A stretch of DNA of 64,000 nucleotides from Spirochaetia bacterium. Lineage in GTDB: Bacteria; Spirochaetota; Spirochaetia; UBA9216. Positions 41,523 through 51,319 of this stretch are shown here, piece by piece; within the stretch, counting starts at the first letter, position 1, and each line of letters starts with the position of its first letter. The stretch spans positions 3,232,001-3,296,000 of the forward strand of contig OY776510.1 of NCBI GenBank assembly GCA_963675665.1, written 5' to 3'. The notes below the pieces were generated by a model, which was given only the letters and a program-made list of their open reading frames with translations, did no database searches and had not been told where the DNA came from. A program made the position numbers and the translations under genes.

Positions 41523-42389
41523 ATGGTACATGATGAAAGCTTTAAAATGCTTGTCGGGCATTACCTTAAAGACGGTTTTTGCTGTCCTGTATGCGGCGGT
41601 GATACATACTGGATTAAGGAAGCACGAAGACTTTTAATATGCAGAAAATGCAGAAAAGAGATATCTCCGCTTGGAAATACAATGTTCGGGCGAAGTCATA
41701 TCCCTTTAAAAAAGTGGTTGGAGCTTATCAGATTAATATGCTGCTCGCCTGAAAGAGTAATAACGGCAAAAACGGTATTTGAAGAACTTGATTTAGGCTC
41801 ATACAGAACAGCCTGGGAGGCTATGAACAAGGTAAGGTATGCTATAAGTTTGAATGAACCGCAGAAAAGACTGAACGGTGTTATAGAATTTGATGAAATT
41901 GTAATAACAGGGTACGGAAGTGATTATCATAAAGTAAGTATTCTGGGGGCACTTGAACTGGAAGGTGAAAAGAGATTAAGCCTTCAGATGATTAAAAATC
42001 CCGATGAAATGAATATCAAAGATTATTTTAAAAGAAGATTTTCAGAAAATATCAAGGTGATAACAAGCCCTGACAAATTATATATACGAAACTGGCTTGA
42101 ATTGAACAGGATCAGTCAGATGAGTTCATTCAGTTATTACGGCGGTGATTTTATGAATCTTCACATAATATTACAGGATATACGGTTCGGGTTAAAAAAC
42201 GGTCATCACAGCGTTTCTGAAAAATATATGCAGCGCAATCTAGATGAATATGTTTTTATATTCAATCATAATAATGATCGTGAAGAAGCATACAGGATTG
42301 TATTAAAATATATGTTGAACACCAAAATAACCGATTACAGGAAACTGGAGAAAAGAAAAAGATCAGTTTTTTCTATTATAAGGGGTTAA
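41523..42389 (+). CDS. IS1595-family (ISSod11-like) transposase-derived protein, degenerate catalytic site, no paired terminal IRs
   Basis: Zn ribbon CPVCG...CRKC, HTH 'LDLGSYRTAW', 'GVIEFDE', 'HHSVSEKYMQRNLDEYVFIFN'. Confidence 0.75.
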   Translation: MVHDESFKMLVGHYLKDGFCCPVCGGDTYWIKEARRLLICRKCRKEISPLGNTMFGRSHIPLKKWLELIRLICCSPERVITAKTVFEELDLGSYRTAWEAMNKVRYAISLNEPQKRLNGVIEFDEIVITGYGSDYHKVSILGALELEGEKRLSLQMIKNPDEMNIKDYFKRRFSENIKVITSPDKLYIRNWLELNRISQMSSFSYYGGDFMNLHIILQDIRFGLKNGHHSVSEKYMQRNLDEYVFIFNHNNDREEAYRIVLKYMLNTKITDYRKLEKRKRSVFSIIRG

Positions 42390-42394
42390 ATCAG

Positions 42395-42430
42395 AAAACT
42401 GCCGCCGTTGGAAAACCCGGCGGCAGTTTT
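42395..42430. terminator. Bidirectional intrinsic terminator
   Basis: AAAACTGCCGCCG...CGGCGGCAGTTTT between the transposase-like gene and preA. Confidence 0.85.
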
Positions 42431-42437
42431 AATTTGT

Positions 42438-43745
42438 TTACTGGTCGTATTCTCCCACAATGATTTCGCGCGTATTTGGAGTTTTCTCCACGTATTTGGC
42501 TTCGCTTCCTTTTCCGAACTGGTCTTCAGGTTTGAAGACAACTTTGCCCGGAGTTATACAACCGGCAACAGGGCATACGTGAAGGCAGAGCTGACAGCCG
42601 ACACATTTGTCTTCATCAATTTCTACCTTTCGTTCTTCGGGGTCCCAGGTAATGGCCTGATGGGCTCCGTCGAAACATGATATATAACATCGTCCGCAAC
42701 TTACGCATTTATCGTAATCGATTTTGGGATAAACTTTAAAATCACGTTCAAGTTCTTCTGCCGGAACAATATTTTTTACAGCAAGACCGACAAAATCATC
42801 AATTGATTTAAAACCCTTTTCTTCCATCCAGATGGACAACCCGCTGATCATGTCTTCAACAATTCTGTAGCCATACTGCATAATCGATGTTGTAAACTGA
42901 AGGTTTGTACATCCAAGGAGTATGAACTCTGCACAGTCTTCCCAGGTTTCAATACCGCCAATACCGCTTATAGGAATATCTTTAAGAAGATCATCCTGTT
43001 TCATGTTGGCAATAAACCGAAGTGCAATAGGTTTGGCTGCTTTTCCGGAGTAACCGGAAATGGATGATTTTCCGTTGACTACGGGAAGCCCTGTCATCTT
43101 GTCGAGATCCAAACCGGTAATGGATTTGATAGTATTGATTGCTGCTATCGCATGACCGCCGGCTTCTATTGATGCGCGTGCAGGCACTTCCATTTTTTCG
43201 ATATTGGGAGTCATTTTCAGCATTACCGGAAGGTTGGTGCCTCTAAGCGTGGCTTTGGTGAAACTGTCGATAAGATCAACGCTTGCTCCAACGTCTGAAC
43301 CCATGTTTTCCTGTGTCATCTGCGGACATGAGAAGTTGCATTCAATGATATCGGCGCCGGCTTCGGTAACGTCCCGGGCCAGTCTCTCCCAATCATCTTC
43401 ATTCATACCCATTATTGAAACAATAAGGCATTTTGCAGGGTAGTCTTTTTTGAGTTTTCTAAGAAATTCAAGGTTTTCCTCGTAAGGATGATCAGAGATT
43501 TGCTCCATATTCTTAAACCCGATAAAAGGTTCACCTTCTTTACGGGTTTGGTCGAACCTGGGTGAGCATTCATCAGGAATGTAAGTGCCGATTGTTTTAA
43601 AAACAACACCGCCGCCGCCGGCTTCAAGGAATTTAGCGCACATTTCATAAGTGGCAGCTACGGGAGAAGAAGAAAGAAAAAACGGATTTTCACATTTAAA
43701 CCCAAGGAAGTCAACCGATAAATCTGCATGTACTCTCTTGTTCAT
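42438..43745 (-). CDS. preA: NAD-dependent dihydropyrimidine dehydrogenase subunit PreA
   Basis: 'SPRF', 'GFKNMEQIS', 'ECNFSCP', 'KMTPN', '[12 protein letters not shown]'; two C-terminal 4Fe-4S motifs. Confidence 0.93.
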   Translation of the reverse strand: MNKRVHADLSVDFLGFKCENPFFLSSSPVAATYEMCAKFLEAGGGGVVFKTIGTYIPDECSPRFDQTRKEGEPFIGFKNMEQISDHPYEENLEFLRKLKKDYPAKCLIVSIMGMNEDDWERLARDVTEAGADIIECNFSCPQMTQENMGSDVGASVDLIDSFTKATLRGTNLPVMLKMTPNIEKMEVPARASIEAGGHAIAAINTIKSITGLDLDKMTGLPVVNGKSSISGYSGKAAKPIALRFIANMKQDDLLKDIPISGIGGIETWEDCAEFILLGCTNLQFTTSIMQYGYRIVEDMISGLSIWMEEKGFKSIDDFVGLAVKNIVPAEELERDFKVYPKIDYDKCVSCGRCYISCFDGAHQAITWDPEERKVEIDEDKCVGCQLCLHVCPVAGCITPGKVVFKPEDQFGKGSEAKYVEKTPNTREIIVGEYDQ

Positions 43746-45031
43746 TATTTTACCTCCTTGCCGAGATACTTGTCGATGCTTTCTGCGGCTCTTTTGCCTA
43801 CTGCAACAGCTTTAACGACTGTTTTCCCGCCGTTTACTATATCTCCGCCTGCAAAGATATAAGGTATGCTGGTTGTGCAGTCATCATCCTCATCTGCAAC
43901 AATAGTATTTTTAGGGCTGAATTTGAGATCTGCAATCGATTTTACAGATTCATCAGGCATCTGGCCTATTGCAAAAACAACCTTATCGCATTCAAGCATA
44001 ATAGTTGAATCGTCTTTAAATCCTTTGCCTTTAATTGCTGCAACCTTTCCATCTCTGCCTACTATCTCTGTAGGTGTAAAACCGTAATGGATATGAACTC
44101 CAAGTGATTCAACATAGGTCATTTCGGTTTTATGAGCAGGCGCTTCTTCTCTGGTTCTGCGGTAAAGAATCATCGTCTTTTCAGAGCCAAGCAGTCTTGA
44201 TGTAGTTGCACAATCCATTGCAACATCACCGCCGCCAATAACAACAACCTTTTTGCCCGGGTCAATATCGCCGCCCGACGGTTTTGCACTGCCCAGGTAT
44301 TCAACTGCATTTGTTACACCGTCAAGATCCGTACCCGGAACATCAAGCATTTTTGGAGCCTGAATTCCGGCGCCTATAAAAAATGCCTTGAAACCATCAG
44401 CCTTAAGATCTGCAATGTTCTTGTCTTTGCCGATCTTGGTATTGCAGACAATTTTTACGCCGAGATTCTTGATAAGCTCGATTTCTTCATCAACAATGTA
44501 TTGAGGAAGTCGTGCCGGTACTACACCAAAGGACAGCACTCCGCCAGGAACGGATTTTTCTTCAAAGATAGTAACTTCATAACCCTTTTGAGCAAGTTCA
44601 GCTGCACATGTAAGTGAAGCAGGGCCGGAACCGATCATGGCTACCTTTTCCTTTGTGGCATCAACTTTTTCAAGAACCTTGAACCCTGAAGCCTTTTCAT
44701 AATCAGTTGCAAAACGCTGCAAACGTCCAATCTGAATCGGTTTATCGATACCGGTTCTTGAACATGCCTCTTCACAAAGAACCTCATAAGGGCACACTCT
44801 GGCGCATATTCCGCCGAGGACATTGTTTGTGCGGATTATTTCTGCCGCACCCTTGAAATTCCTGAACCTGATTGCCCGGATAAAGTCGCCGGGATTAGTT
44901 CCGGCCGGGCAGTCCTGACTGCATGGTGCATCAAGACATAGAAGACATCTGGAAGCTTCTTCCATTGCTGTCGCAATGTTAAATGGAGGAACCGCTTCGC
45001 ATAGATAGTCTTTTTTTGCATTATTTGACAT
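43745..45031 (-). CDS. preT: NAD-dependent dihydropyrimidine dehydrogenase subunit PreT
   Basis: '[18 protein letters not shown]', 'IGSGPA', '[11 protein letters not shown]'; ATG 45031 after GGAGG; coupled to preA. Confidence 0.9.
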   Translation of the reverse strand: MSNNAKKDYLCEAVPPFNIATAMEEASRCLLCLDAPCSQDCPAGTNPGDFIRAIRFRNFKGAAEIIRTNNVLGGICARVCPYEVLCEEACSRTGIDKPIQIGRLQRFATDYEKASGFKVLEKVDATKEKVAMIGSGPASLTCAAELAQKGYEVTIFEEKSVPGGVLSFGVVPARLPQYIVDEEIELIKNLGVKIVCNTKIGKDKNIADLKADGFKAFFIGAGIQAPKMLDVPGTDLDGVTNAVEYLGSAKPSGGDIDPGKKVVVIGGGDVAMDCATTSRLLGSEKTMILYRRTREEAPAHKTEMTYVESLGVHIHYGFTPTEIVGRDGKVAAIKGKGFKDDSTIMLECDKVVFAIGQMPDESVKSIADLKFSPKNTIVADEDDDCTTSIPYIFAGGDIVNGGKTVVKAVAVGKRAAESIDKYLGKEVK

Positions 45032-45050
45032 TAAAACCCTCCTCTGAAAG

Positions 45051-45980
45051 TTACGATTTTGCTTTCCGAACATTAGAAAACTGAAACGAGTTTCTCTGAA
45101 TCAGGAAAACAGAAAAAATTACTATAAAAATACCCGCATAAACAGCTATGGCGGGCCTTTCGCCGAGAAAAATCATTGATAAACTTATTCCGGAAACAGG
45201 AATAAGAAATTTAAAGGCAGTTGCTTTTAAAACATCGATTTTATGTAGTGCAAGTGAAAAAAGAAGATAGGCTGCTGCGGTTCCGATACTTCCGAGGTAG
45301 ACAATCAGTAAGACGTCGGTTCCGGCGGGAATGAAAACCTGGTTCAGAAAATGATCAACAGTAAATAGATTATATAAGAAAAGAATAATTGTTCCTGCGG
45401 TCATACTTATCCAGGTTGCAATAATGCTTCCGTATTTTTTCACAGGAGCCTTTATGATAATGCCGTATAAACTCATTGAAACTGCCCCGGCCAACAGTAA
45501 TAAATTACCGAACAGATAGTTGCTGCCGCCGGATGAAAAATTGAAATTGCCGCCTGTAACGACAAGAAACATACCTGCAAAACCGGCTAAAATACCGGCT
45601 GTCTGAATACCGGAAACACTTTCCCTGATCAGCAGCGGAGCAAGAATCGCGGTAAAAATAGGCTGGGAATTTATAATTATTGAACCGTTTGAGGCGGTTG
45701 ATCTTGCAACCCCGGAAAAAAGGAATATTGCAAGTAAAGTTGTCCCGGTCAAACCGGCAGAAAAAAATAAAAAAACCGACTTTGCATCAAATTTTATGTT
45801 GTTTTTTCGAATTTCAATTACAAAAAAGGGAGATAATGCTATTATCGCAGTAAAATATCTCAGAAATCCAAGTACTCCGGGGCTGATATCAGCCATCAGG
45901 TACTTTGAAACAGGATATACAGAACCCCATGCGAGCATTGCGGTAATTAAAAATATAGTTGTTTTTCCTGATTCACGCAT
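45051..45980 (-). CDS. EamA/DMT-family transporter
   Basis: About 10 TM helices; 'LAWG', 'LRY', 'QPIFT', 'IFLGE'; start taken at ATG 45980. Confidence 0.85.
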   Translation of the reverse strand: MRESGKTTIFLITAMLAWGSVYPVSKYLMADISPGVLGFLRYFTAIIALSPFFVIEIRKNNIKFDAKSVFLFFSAGLTGTTLLAIFLFSGVARSTASNGSIIINSQPIFTAILAPLLIRESVSGIQTAGILAGFAGMFLVVTGGNFNFSSGGSNYLFGNLLLLAGAVSMSLYGIIIKAPVKKYGSIIATWISMTAGTIILFLYNLFTVDHFLNQVFIPAGTDVLLIVYLGSIGTAAAYLLFSLALHKIDVLKATAFKFLIPVSGISLSMIFLGERPAIAVYAGIFIVIFSVFLIQRNSFQFSNVRKAKS

Positions 45981-46265
45981 AAAAAACAAGTATATATGTT
46001 TTTTTATGAATCCGCAACAGAAAAAACAAAAAAATGTTTGCCTAAACATGTATTAACAGAGGAAACCGTGATTTTTACTGTTTTTATCATAATTTAACAC
46101 TAAATTGAAGCTATGGGTGCGGGACTGTCGCGGCGTTTTGTTCTTGCGGATGGTCTGCGGATGGCATGTTAGAAAAAAGATGCATGAATTAATAAATTAT
46201 TGTAAAATAAAACAAGATAAAATTTCTAGATAAGTGTGCTCCTGAATATTCAAGAGGAGAAAATA

Positions 46266-46646
46266 ATGAAAAAAATAGTATTTTTGATCTCGATCCTGAT
46301 AATCGTTTTAGGGTTATTGTATTCATGTGAAATCTTCGGCGAAAAATTTACGTCCTGGGAACATATCATAATTGCATCCAATTACACGGATAAGGGTGAT
46401 TATGCTGTATACAGGATTGTCGATGACAGATTTAACACTCTGGACTGGTATGATCTATGGATGGATGATTCATTTTGGGATTCTTCGGCTGGATGGAGCA
46501 GTTTTGAAGGCATATATGATACGGATGACGGCAGATTTTATTTTGAGCCCGAGTATTACAACGGCTACGTGGAATGGAACGCATATTCTGATATGGATAT
46601 TGTCGGCGCAACAATCAGGTTCTACAGGCGGGAGTATCCAGAATAG
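46266..46646 (+). CDS. Hypothetical lipoprotein
   Basis: RBS GAGGAG; spirochaetal lipobox 'LLYSC'; Trp/Tyr/Asp-rich mature part. Confidence 0.65.
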   Translation: MKKIVFLISILIIVLGLLYSCEIFGEKFTSWEHIIIASNYTDKGDYAVYRIVDDRFNTLDWYDLWMDDSFWDSSAGWSSFEGIYDTDDGRFYFEPEYYNGYVEWNAYSDMDIVGATIRFYRREYPE

Positions 46647-46655
46647 GCTGTAAAA

Positions 46656-47393
46656 TCATTCCCATAAACTGCGAGCCACACAGTTTGCACTGCCGCCGCC
46701 GGCAGGTCTTATGCAGTGGATTACTTCGTTGCCCCTGATGTTCTGCTCGGCCTGCGCTTCTTCTCCCGGCAGTATTTCAGCTTTATGGATAATATTCAAT
46801 TTTTTAATTTTTTTCTCTACATGAAAATTAAACGGAAGCGCATCAAGAAGCCATCGGATATAAACGGCTGATGTGACGTGTGAATTAATATCGAGCGTTG
46901 AATAATCGGCCCGGAAGCCGCCGACGACTGAAGTACCGTCAGGTTCTTCAAGTTTTTCCCTGAAATTGTCAATAATCATGCGTTCGGCATCCTCGGTAGA
47001 CGGGTGTATATCAAGGACCTTTTGCGGAAGCCTTACGACACGGCGTTTTTCGAGATTGATAGTAAGCCATGCGCTGGTTGCCCTTATGACTTCTTCATTG
47101 TGCTGGTCGGTAACAAGAAAGTCCCTGCATGAGTAAAGTCCCCTGACGCCGGTCGGCCATGTTGTGACGGTAAGCCTGTCCTGGTATGCCGGAATACGTT
47201 TGAATTCCGCATTAAAACGGGAAAGCATCCATGTCAGGCCGATTTCCTGCAGGTCGTGTATAGTGATGTTTTCTTCAACGCAGTGATCACCTGCAGCTTC
47301 GTACATAAAATTGAAAAGGCTCGGAATATACGCAAGCCCGTTGGGCCCGGTATGAAAATTCTTGATGATAAAAGTATCGCTGTATTTAGTCAT
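46656..47393 (-). CDS. Acyl-ACP thioesterase (double hotdog)
   Basis: 'TWMLSR', 'TTWP', 'RDFLV', 'LDINSHV...YIRW'. Confidence 0.88.
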   Translation of the reverse strand: MTKYSDTFIIKNFHTGPNGLAYIPSLFNFMYEAAGDHCVEENITIHDLQEIGLTWMLSRFNAEFKRIPAYQDRLTVTTWPTGVRGLYSCRDFLVTDQHNEEVIRATSAWLTINLEKRRVVRLPQKVLDIHPSTEDAERMIIDNFREKLEEPDGTSVVGGFRADYSTLDINSHVTSAVYIRWLLDALPFNFHVEKKIKKLNIIHKAEILPGEEAQAEQNIRGNEVIHCIRPAGGGSANCVARSLWE

Positions 47394-47465
47394 ATTGTAA
47401 ACATGCTAACTAAAAGTCCGGGTTATGTAAAGCCGGAAACATAAATGTGTTTAATAATATAAAAA

Positions 47466-47494
47466 TTGAAAAAGCCGGAGAAATAGCCTATACT
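47466..47494 (+). promoter_or_regulatory. Promoter for cassette 1
   Basis: TTGAAA-N17-TATACT. Confidence 0.6.
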
Positions 47495-47529
47495 GTCGGT
47501 ATAGGAAAATAAAAAAGACGGAGAATTAT

Positions 47530-49104
47530 ATGTCTGGAAGAAAACTGTTCTTCAGCTTGGTGATTCTTGCAGCCGTTTTACTATCGCCTGTCGCAGCTCA
47601 AAACCGGGAAACGCTCGCAGTTCTTGATTTTACAACCGAAGCAGTCTCTGAAACAGAAATGAATGCAATAGTGGAATTCCTGTCGGCTGAACTGTTCAAT
47701 ACCGACAAGTATATCGTTATTGACGTCAGCCAGCGTGAAACAATCCTGACGGAAATGGAATTTTCCAATCAGGGATGTACAGATGAATCATGCGCTCTTG
47801 AGATTGGTAAATTACTGTCTGCGGAATTAATAGTTGTAGGAAATCTGTCCAAAGTAGGAAGCCGCTATCTTATGTCTGTAAAAATGCTTCAGACCGAAAC
47901 GTCGAGGACAATGGGGACTGCAAACGGAAAATTCAATGATCTGGATGAACTGATTGACGGGCTCGAAGCGATCGCCGTAACCCTTGCAGGGAAGGAAAAG
48001 GATACTGTAGTTGTAGCGACTCCTGAACCGGAGCCTGAACCTGAACCCGAAGCAGCGCAGCCGATTGCTGTTGCTGCAGAGGAACCCGCGAAGCCGGTTG
48101 AAGCAGAAGCTCAATTACCGGCCGCACCTGATAAAGCAGATGAAGAAGAAAAAGCACCGAAGGAGTCCGGTTCGTTTAATATTCTGTCTTTTGCAGCCTC
48201 AGCCCTGGGTGCCGGTGAATTTGTAACTGCAGGTATTTTCAGAAACATGGGTTTTGCAAGCAGATTGAAGGCGGAAGATGCATACGACGCCTATATGGCC
48301 GCTGTTATTGATCCGGGCTTGTTGTATTCAGGGGACGGAGACACCGATTATGAGCATTATTATAACAGATATGAAACACAAACAAGATGGAGTTATATAA
48401 CCTCCGGAATTGGAGGCGGGTTATCAAGCGCCTCATCTTATCTCGGCGATTCGTATATGTCTTTCGGCGGAAAACTGACTTATGCAGCCGGCGCTGCGGC
48501 TCTTGCGGCCGGAAATTTTCTTTCTGCAATATCTTTTAATAACGCATTCAGCAGCACTCAAGCATATGAAGACTACTTGTCAGCAGGCACCGATGAGGCT
48601 GCGCAAGCCCTCTGGGAGAATTATTCAGGGTACTATGATTCATATCAGATACAGCAATTTATAAGTTACGGGCTCTGGGGTGCCGGAGGGTTGCTGTCTA
48701 TTGGTTCATGGTTTATTCCCGGAGATAAAACCCCTGCAGCATCGGGAATACTTAATAAAATTATTATGACTGCGGGATATTTATTTTTTACCGGGGGCAA
48801 CTTTACAAGTTCGATTGCAACGAATACGCATTTTACTGCTGAAGAAGCCTATGATGATTATATGTCGGCGAGCACCTCCGATGCAGCTTCTTATCTGTAT
48901 GATAATTATCAAAAAACACAGGAATTTTATGAGATTATGACATATACAACCTACGGACTCTGGGGCGTCGGGGCAGCAGCTGTCATTACAGCAATGCTTC
49001 TGCCGTCGGGCTCCGGTCACGCAGTTGCGTCCGATCTGGAGAATTTCGCAATAAGACCCTCGCTTACGGGAATAGGCGTGGAAGTTAATATTAAATTGAG
49101 ATAA
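47530..49104 (+). CDS. Exported CsgG/HfaB-like (TolB_N/FlgO-like) domain protein with PE linker and three Tyr-rich membrane hairpin repeats
   Basis: Signal peptide; 'LAVLDF...GCTDESCALEIGKLLSA'; (PE)n linker; three 'AYxxYxxA' repeats. Confidence 0.7.
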   Translation: MSGRKLFFSLVILAAVLLSPVAAQNRETLAVLDFTTEAVSETEMNAIVEFLSAELFNTDKYIVIDVSQRETILTEMEFSNQGCTDESCALEIGKLLSAELIVVGNLSKVGSRYLMSVKMLQTETSRTMGTANGKFNDLDELIDGLEAIAVTLAGKEKDTVVVATPEPEPEPEPEAAQPIAVAAEEPAKPVEAEAQLPAAPDKADEEEKAPKESGSFNILSFAASALGAGEFVTAGIFRNMGFASRLKAEDAYDAYMAAVIDPGLLYSGDGDTDYEHYYNRYETQTRWSYITSGIGGGLSSASSYLGDSYMSFGGKLTYAAGAAALAAGNFLSAISFNNAFSSTQAYEDYLSAGTDEAAQALWENYSGYYDSYQIQQFISYGLWGAGGLLSIGSWFIPGDKTPAASGILNKIIMTAGYLFFTGGNFTSSIATNTHFTAEEAYDDYMSASTSDAASYLYDNYQKTQEFYEIMTYTTYGLWGVGAAAVITAMLLPSGSGHAVASDLENFAIRPSLTGIGVEVNIKLR

Positions 49105-50730
49105 GGAGATAGAGATGAAAAACAGAACAAAGATTGTTTTTATTATATCAGTTTTGATGATTTTACTGGTTATTGCAGCTTGCGACGTGCTGGTGGCGCC
49201 CATAAAAGGCAGAAGCAACCCGTTTGATACGGGTAACCCGGTTCCGGCGGCAGCGAATTTCAGCGCCGAGCTTCTGTACAACGAAGGCAGCTTTATCGGC
49301 CTAAGCTGGAACGACGGTGAAACAAGTGAGAGTAATAAAACAGAAGGATACCTTATTATCAGAAAGGCAAGCGAAGCTCCGGAGTCCATCTATGACGGAG
49401 AGGTTGTAGGAAGAGTTGATTACGGAAATCAAACGTATAATGATTATATAGACGGCAATGATGATTACCCCAGGGGATGTCGTGTATACTATTCAATCTT
49501 TTCATTCGGTGGGAAGTGGGACGATATGAATGAGGATGAACGGTTATTTATTGATTACAAGGACGGCGGTGGAGCTGAAATCGGAAACGCGGAAAATTAC
49601 GATTTTACCGGTCCGGTATCTGCTTCGGTGGTGGTAACAGATACTGTTACATTGGAAGCATCAAGTGCCGGGTCTATTTTCAATCCGTCGGGAGCCCAGG
49701 CGGATCCGCTTGAAATCTATGTGGATAATACTTATATAACTCAAATCATAAGTTTTATAAATTTTGATCTTAAAACCGCCGGGGTAAGTAATAGCGTAGT
49801 TACAGATGCTGTATTGTATTTAAAAACAAATGATAATTCTGTTCATCCCACAGGAACAGGCTCTATGCATATACAGGTGATGAATCGGGAATGGGAACAA
49901 CAGACCTGGGATTATGTAAGCGTAAGCGATGCTGTATATGAAGATGATATTGAAATATCGCCACCAGACACATCGCAAACTGATTTTAATCAGGATATAA
50001 CTGATATAGTAAAGGTTTGGGCATCAGGAGAAATTATAAATTACGGATTAAGGTTATATTCAGAAAGTGCAACCATGCCTTACTATCGACAATTTTACAG
50101 TATCGGTAACGGCGACAATTCACCTAAACTGACTGTAACCTACTATAAGGAATAAAAGTTGATCTAAGGGGGGGCTTTGTTCCCCTCCATAATAGTTTAA
50201 AAATTCACCAACAAATATTTAATTCTTGATGAAAAATCCAAAATAATCTACTATACTCTATATTAGAAACATCTAAATACTGCGGAGTTGTGTATGTTGA
50301 TAAAAAAGGCCTCTGTTATCGGTCTTCTGCTGGTAGCATGTATGTGTCTTCCCCTATATTCACAGGGAAAAGAAACGCTGGCGGTTCTTGATTTTCAGAC
50401 CGAAGCTGTGTCTGAAGTGGAAATGAACGCGATTGTAGAGTTCCTTTCGGCCGAACTTTTTAAAACTAACAAGTATGTCGTAATAGACGTCAGTCAGCGT
50501 GAAACAATCCTGAGCGAAATGGAATTTTCGATGCAGGGCTGTACGGATGATACCTGTGCTCTTGAAATAGGTAAAATGCTGTCAGCCGAGATGATTGTAA
50601 CTGGAAACCTGTCCAAGGTAGGAAGCCGATACCTTATGTCGGTAAAAATGCTTGAGACTGAAACTTCAAGGACAATGGGAACTGCAAACGGAAAGTATAA
50701 AGATCTTGACGAACTGATAGACGGTCTTGA
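47590..50730 (+). repeat. Diverged direct repeat of about 380 bp (47590-47970 and 50372-50730) encoding the shared CsgG-like domain
   Basis: Long identical blocks such as CAGCGTGAAACAATCCTGA; differences mostly at third codon positions. Confidence 0.85.
49115..50155 (+). CDS. Lipoprotein with FN3-like and C-terminal DNRLRE/CBM96-like domain
   Basis: Lipobox 'IAAC'; 'SFINFDL', 'AVLYL', 'DITDIVKVW', 'NYGLRL', 'PKLTVTY'. Confidence 0.65.
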   Translation: MKNRTKIVFIISVLMILLVIAACDVLVAPIKGRSNPFDTGNPVPAAANFSAELLYNEGSFIGLSWNDGETSESNKTEGYLIIRKASEAPESIYDGEVVGRVDYGNQTYNDYIDGNDDYPRGCRVYYSIFSFGGKWDDMNEDERLFIDYKDGGGAEIGNAENYDFTGPVSASVVVTDTVTLEASSAGSIFNPSGAQADPLEIYVDNTYITQIISFINFDLKTAGVSNSVVTDAVLYLKTNDNSVHPTGTGSMHIQVMNREWEQQTWDYVSVSDAVYEDDIEISPPDTSQTDFNQDITDIVKVWASGEIINYGLRLYSESATMPYYRQFYSIGNGDNSPKLTVTYYKE

Positions 50731-51310
50731 ACCGATTGCTTTCGGACTTGCGGGACTTGATTCTACTGCAGCTGTTGCTGCGGAACCGGAACCGGAACCT
50801 GTGTCTACAAATGCCCGACAACGCACAGTGCCGACACCCGAACAGGGTGAAGAAACGGTTGCAACCGCCGCTGCGCCTGAAGAAGCAGGCGGCCCTGCCC
50901 AAACAGCAAGAGACACTGCTGAAGAATCAAAGAAGGCTGAAAAATCCGGGGGATCGGCGGTTCCGGCAATAGTATGCACGGCAACAGGCATCGCGGGAAT
51001 CGGGGCCGGCGGATACTTTCTATACAGGCTTTTTTCAAACAGCCTTCCGGCATATAATACTGCGAAAGACGCGTATGATTTGGCATACGGAGACGATGCC
51101 GACTACACCGGCTTATATAATGCAAGCGCAGATGCATACGACAAGGCCTTTCTTGATTTTGTTATCGGCGCCGGCGCTGCGGGGCTTGGAGTTGTGCTTA
51201 CTACCGTAGGCATTATTCTCTTCCCGCCGAAAGAAGACAAGGGTACCGAGCTGAGCTTCATGCCGGTAATATCGGATAATCCCGGAATGGTCCTCCGGGT
51301 AAGCTATTAG
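50288..51310 (+). CDS. Second CsgG/HfaB-like domain protein with one Tyr-rich membrane hairpin
   Basis: N-terminal domain nearly identical to that of 47530..49104; Ala/Pro/Glu linker; 'AKDAYDLA...LYNASADAY'. Confidence 0.7.
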   Translation: MCMLIKKASVIGLLLVACMCLPLYSQGKETLAVLDFQTEAVSEVEMNAIVEFLSAELFKTNKYVVIDVSQRETILSEMEFSMQGCTDDTCALEIGKMLSAEMIVTGNLSKVGSRYLMSVKMLETETSRTMGTANGKYKDLDELIDGLEPIAFGLAGLDSTAAVAAEPEPEPVSTNARQRTVPTPEQGEETVATAAAPEEAGGPAQTARDTAEESKKAEKSGGSAVPAIVCTATGIAGIGAGGYFLYRLFSNSLPAYNTAKDAYDLAYGDDADYTGLYNASADAYDKAFLDFVIGAGAAGLGVVLTTVGIILFPPKEDKGTELSFMPVISDNPGMVLRVSY

Positions 51311-51319
51311 GAGGCGGTC

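Noticed and set aside
41523-42389. Active IS1595 insertion sequence
   Set aside because: No paired terminal IRs or target duplication found and catalytic motifs look degenerate; reported as a transposase-derived gene instead.
46110-46170. G-rich intergenic stretch with TGCGGATGG repeated twice, a possible riboswitch upstream of DMT-preT-preA
   Set aside because: No recognisable aptamer motif or terminator/antiterminator by eye; an Rfam scan would be needed.
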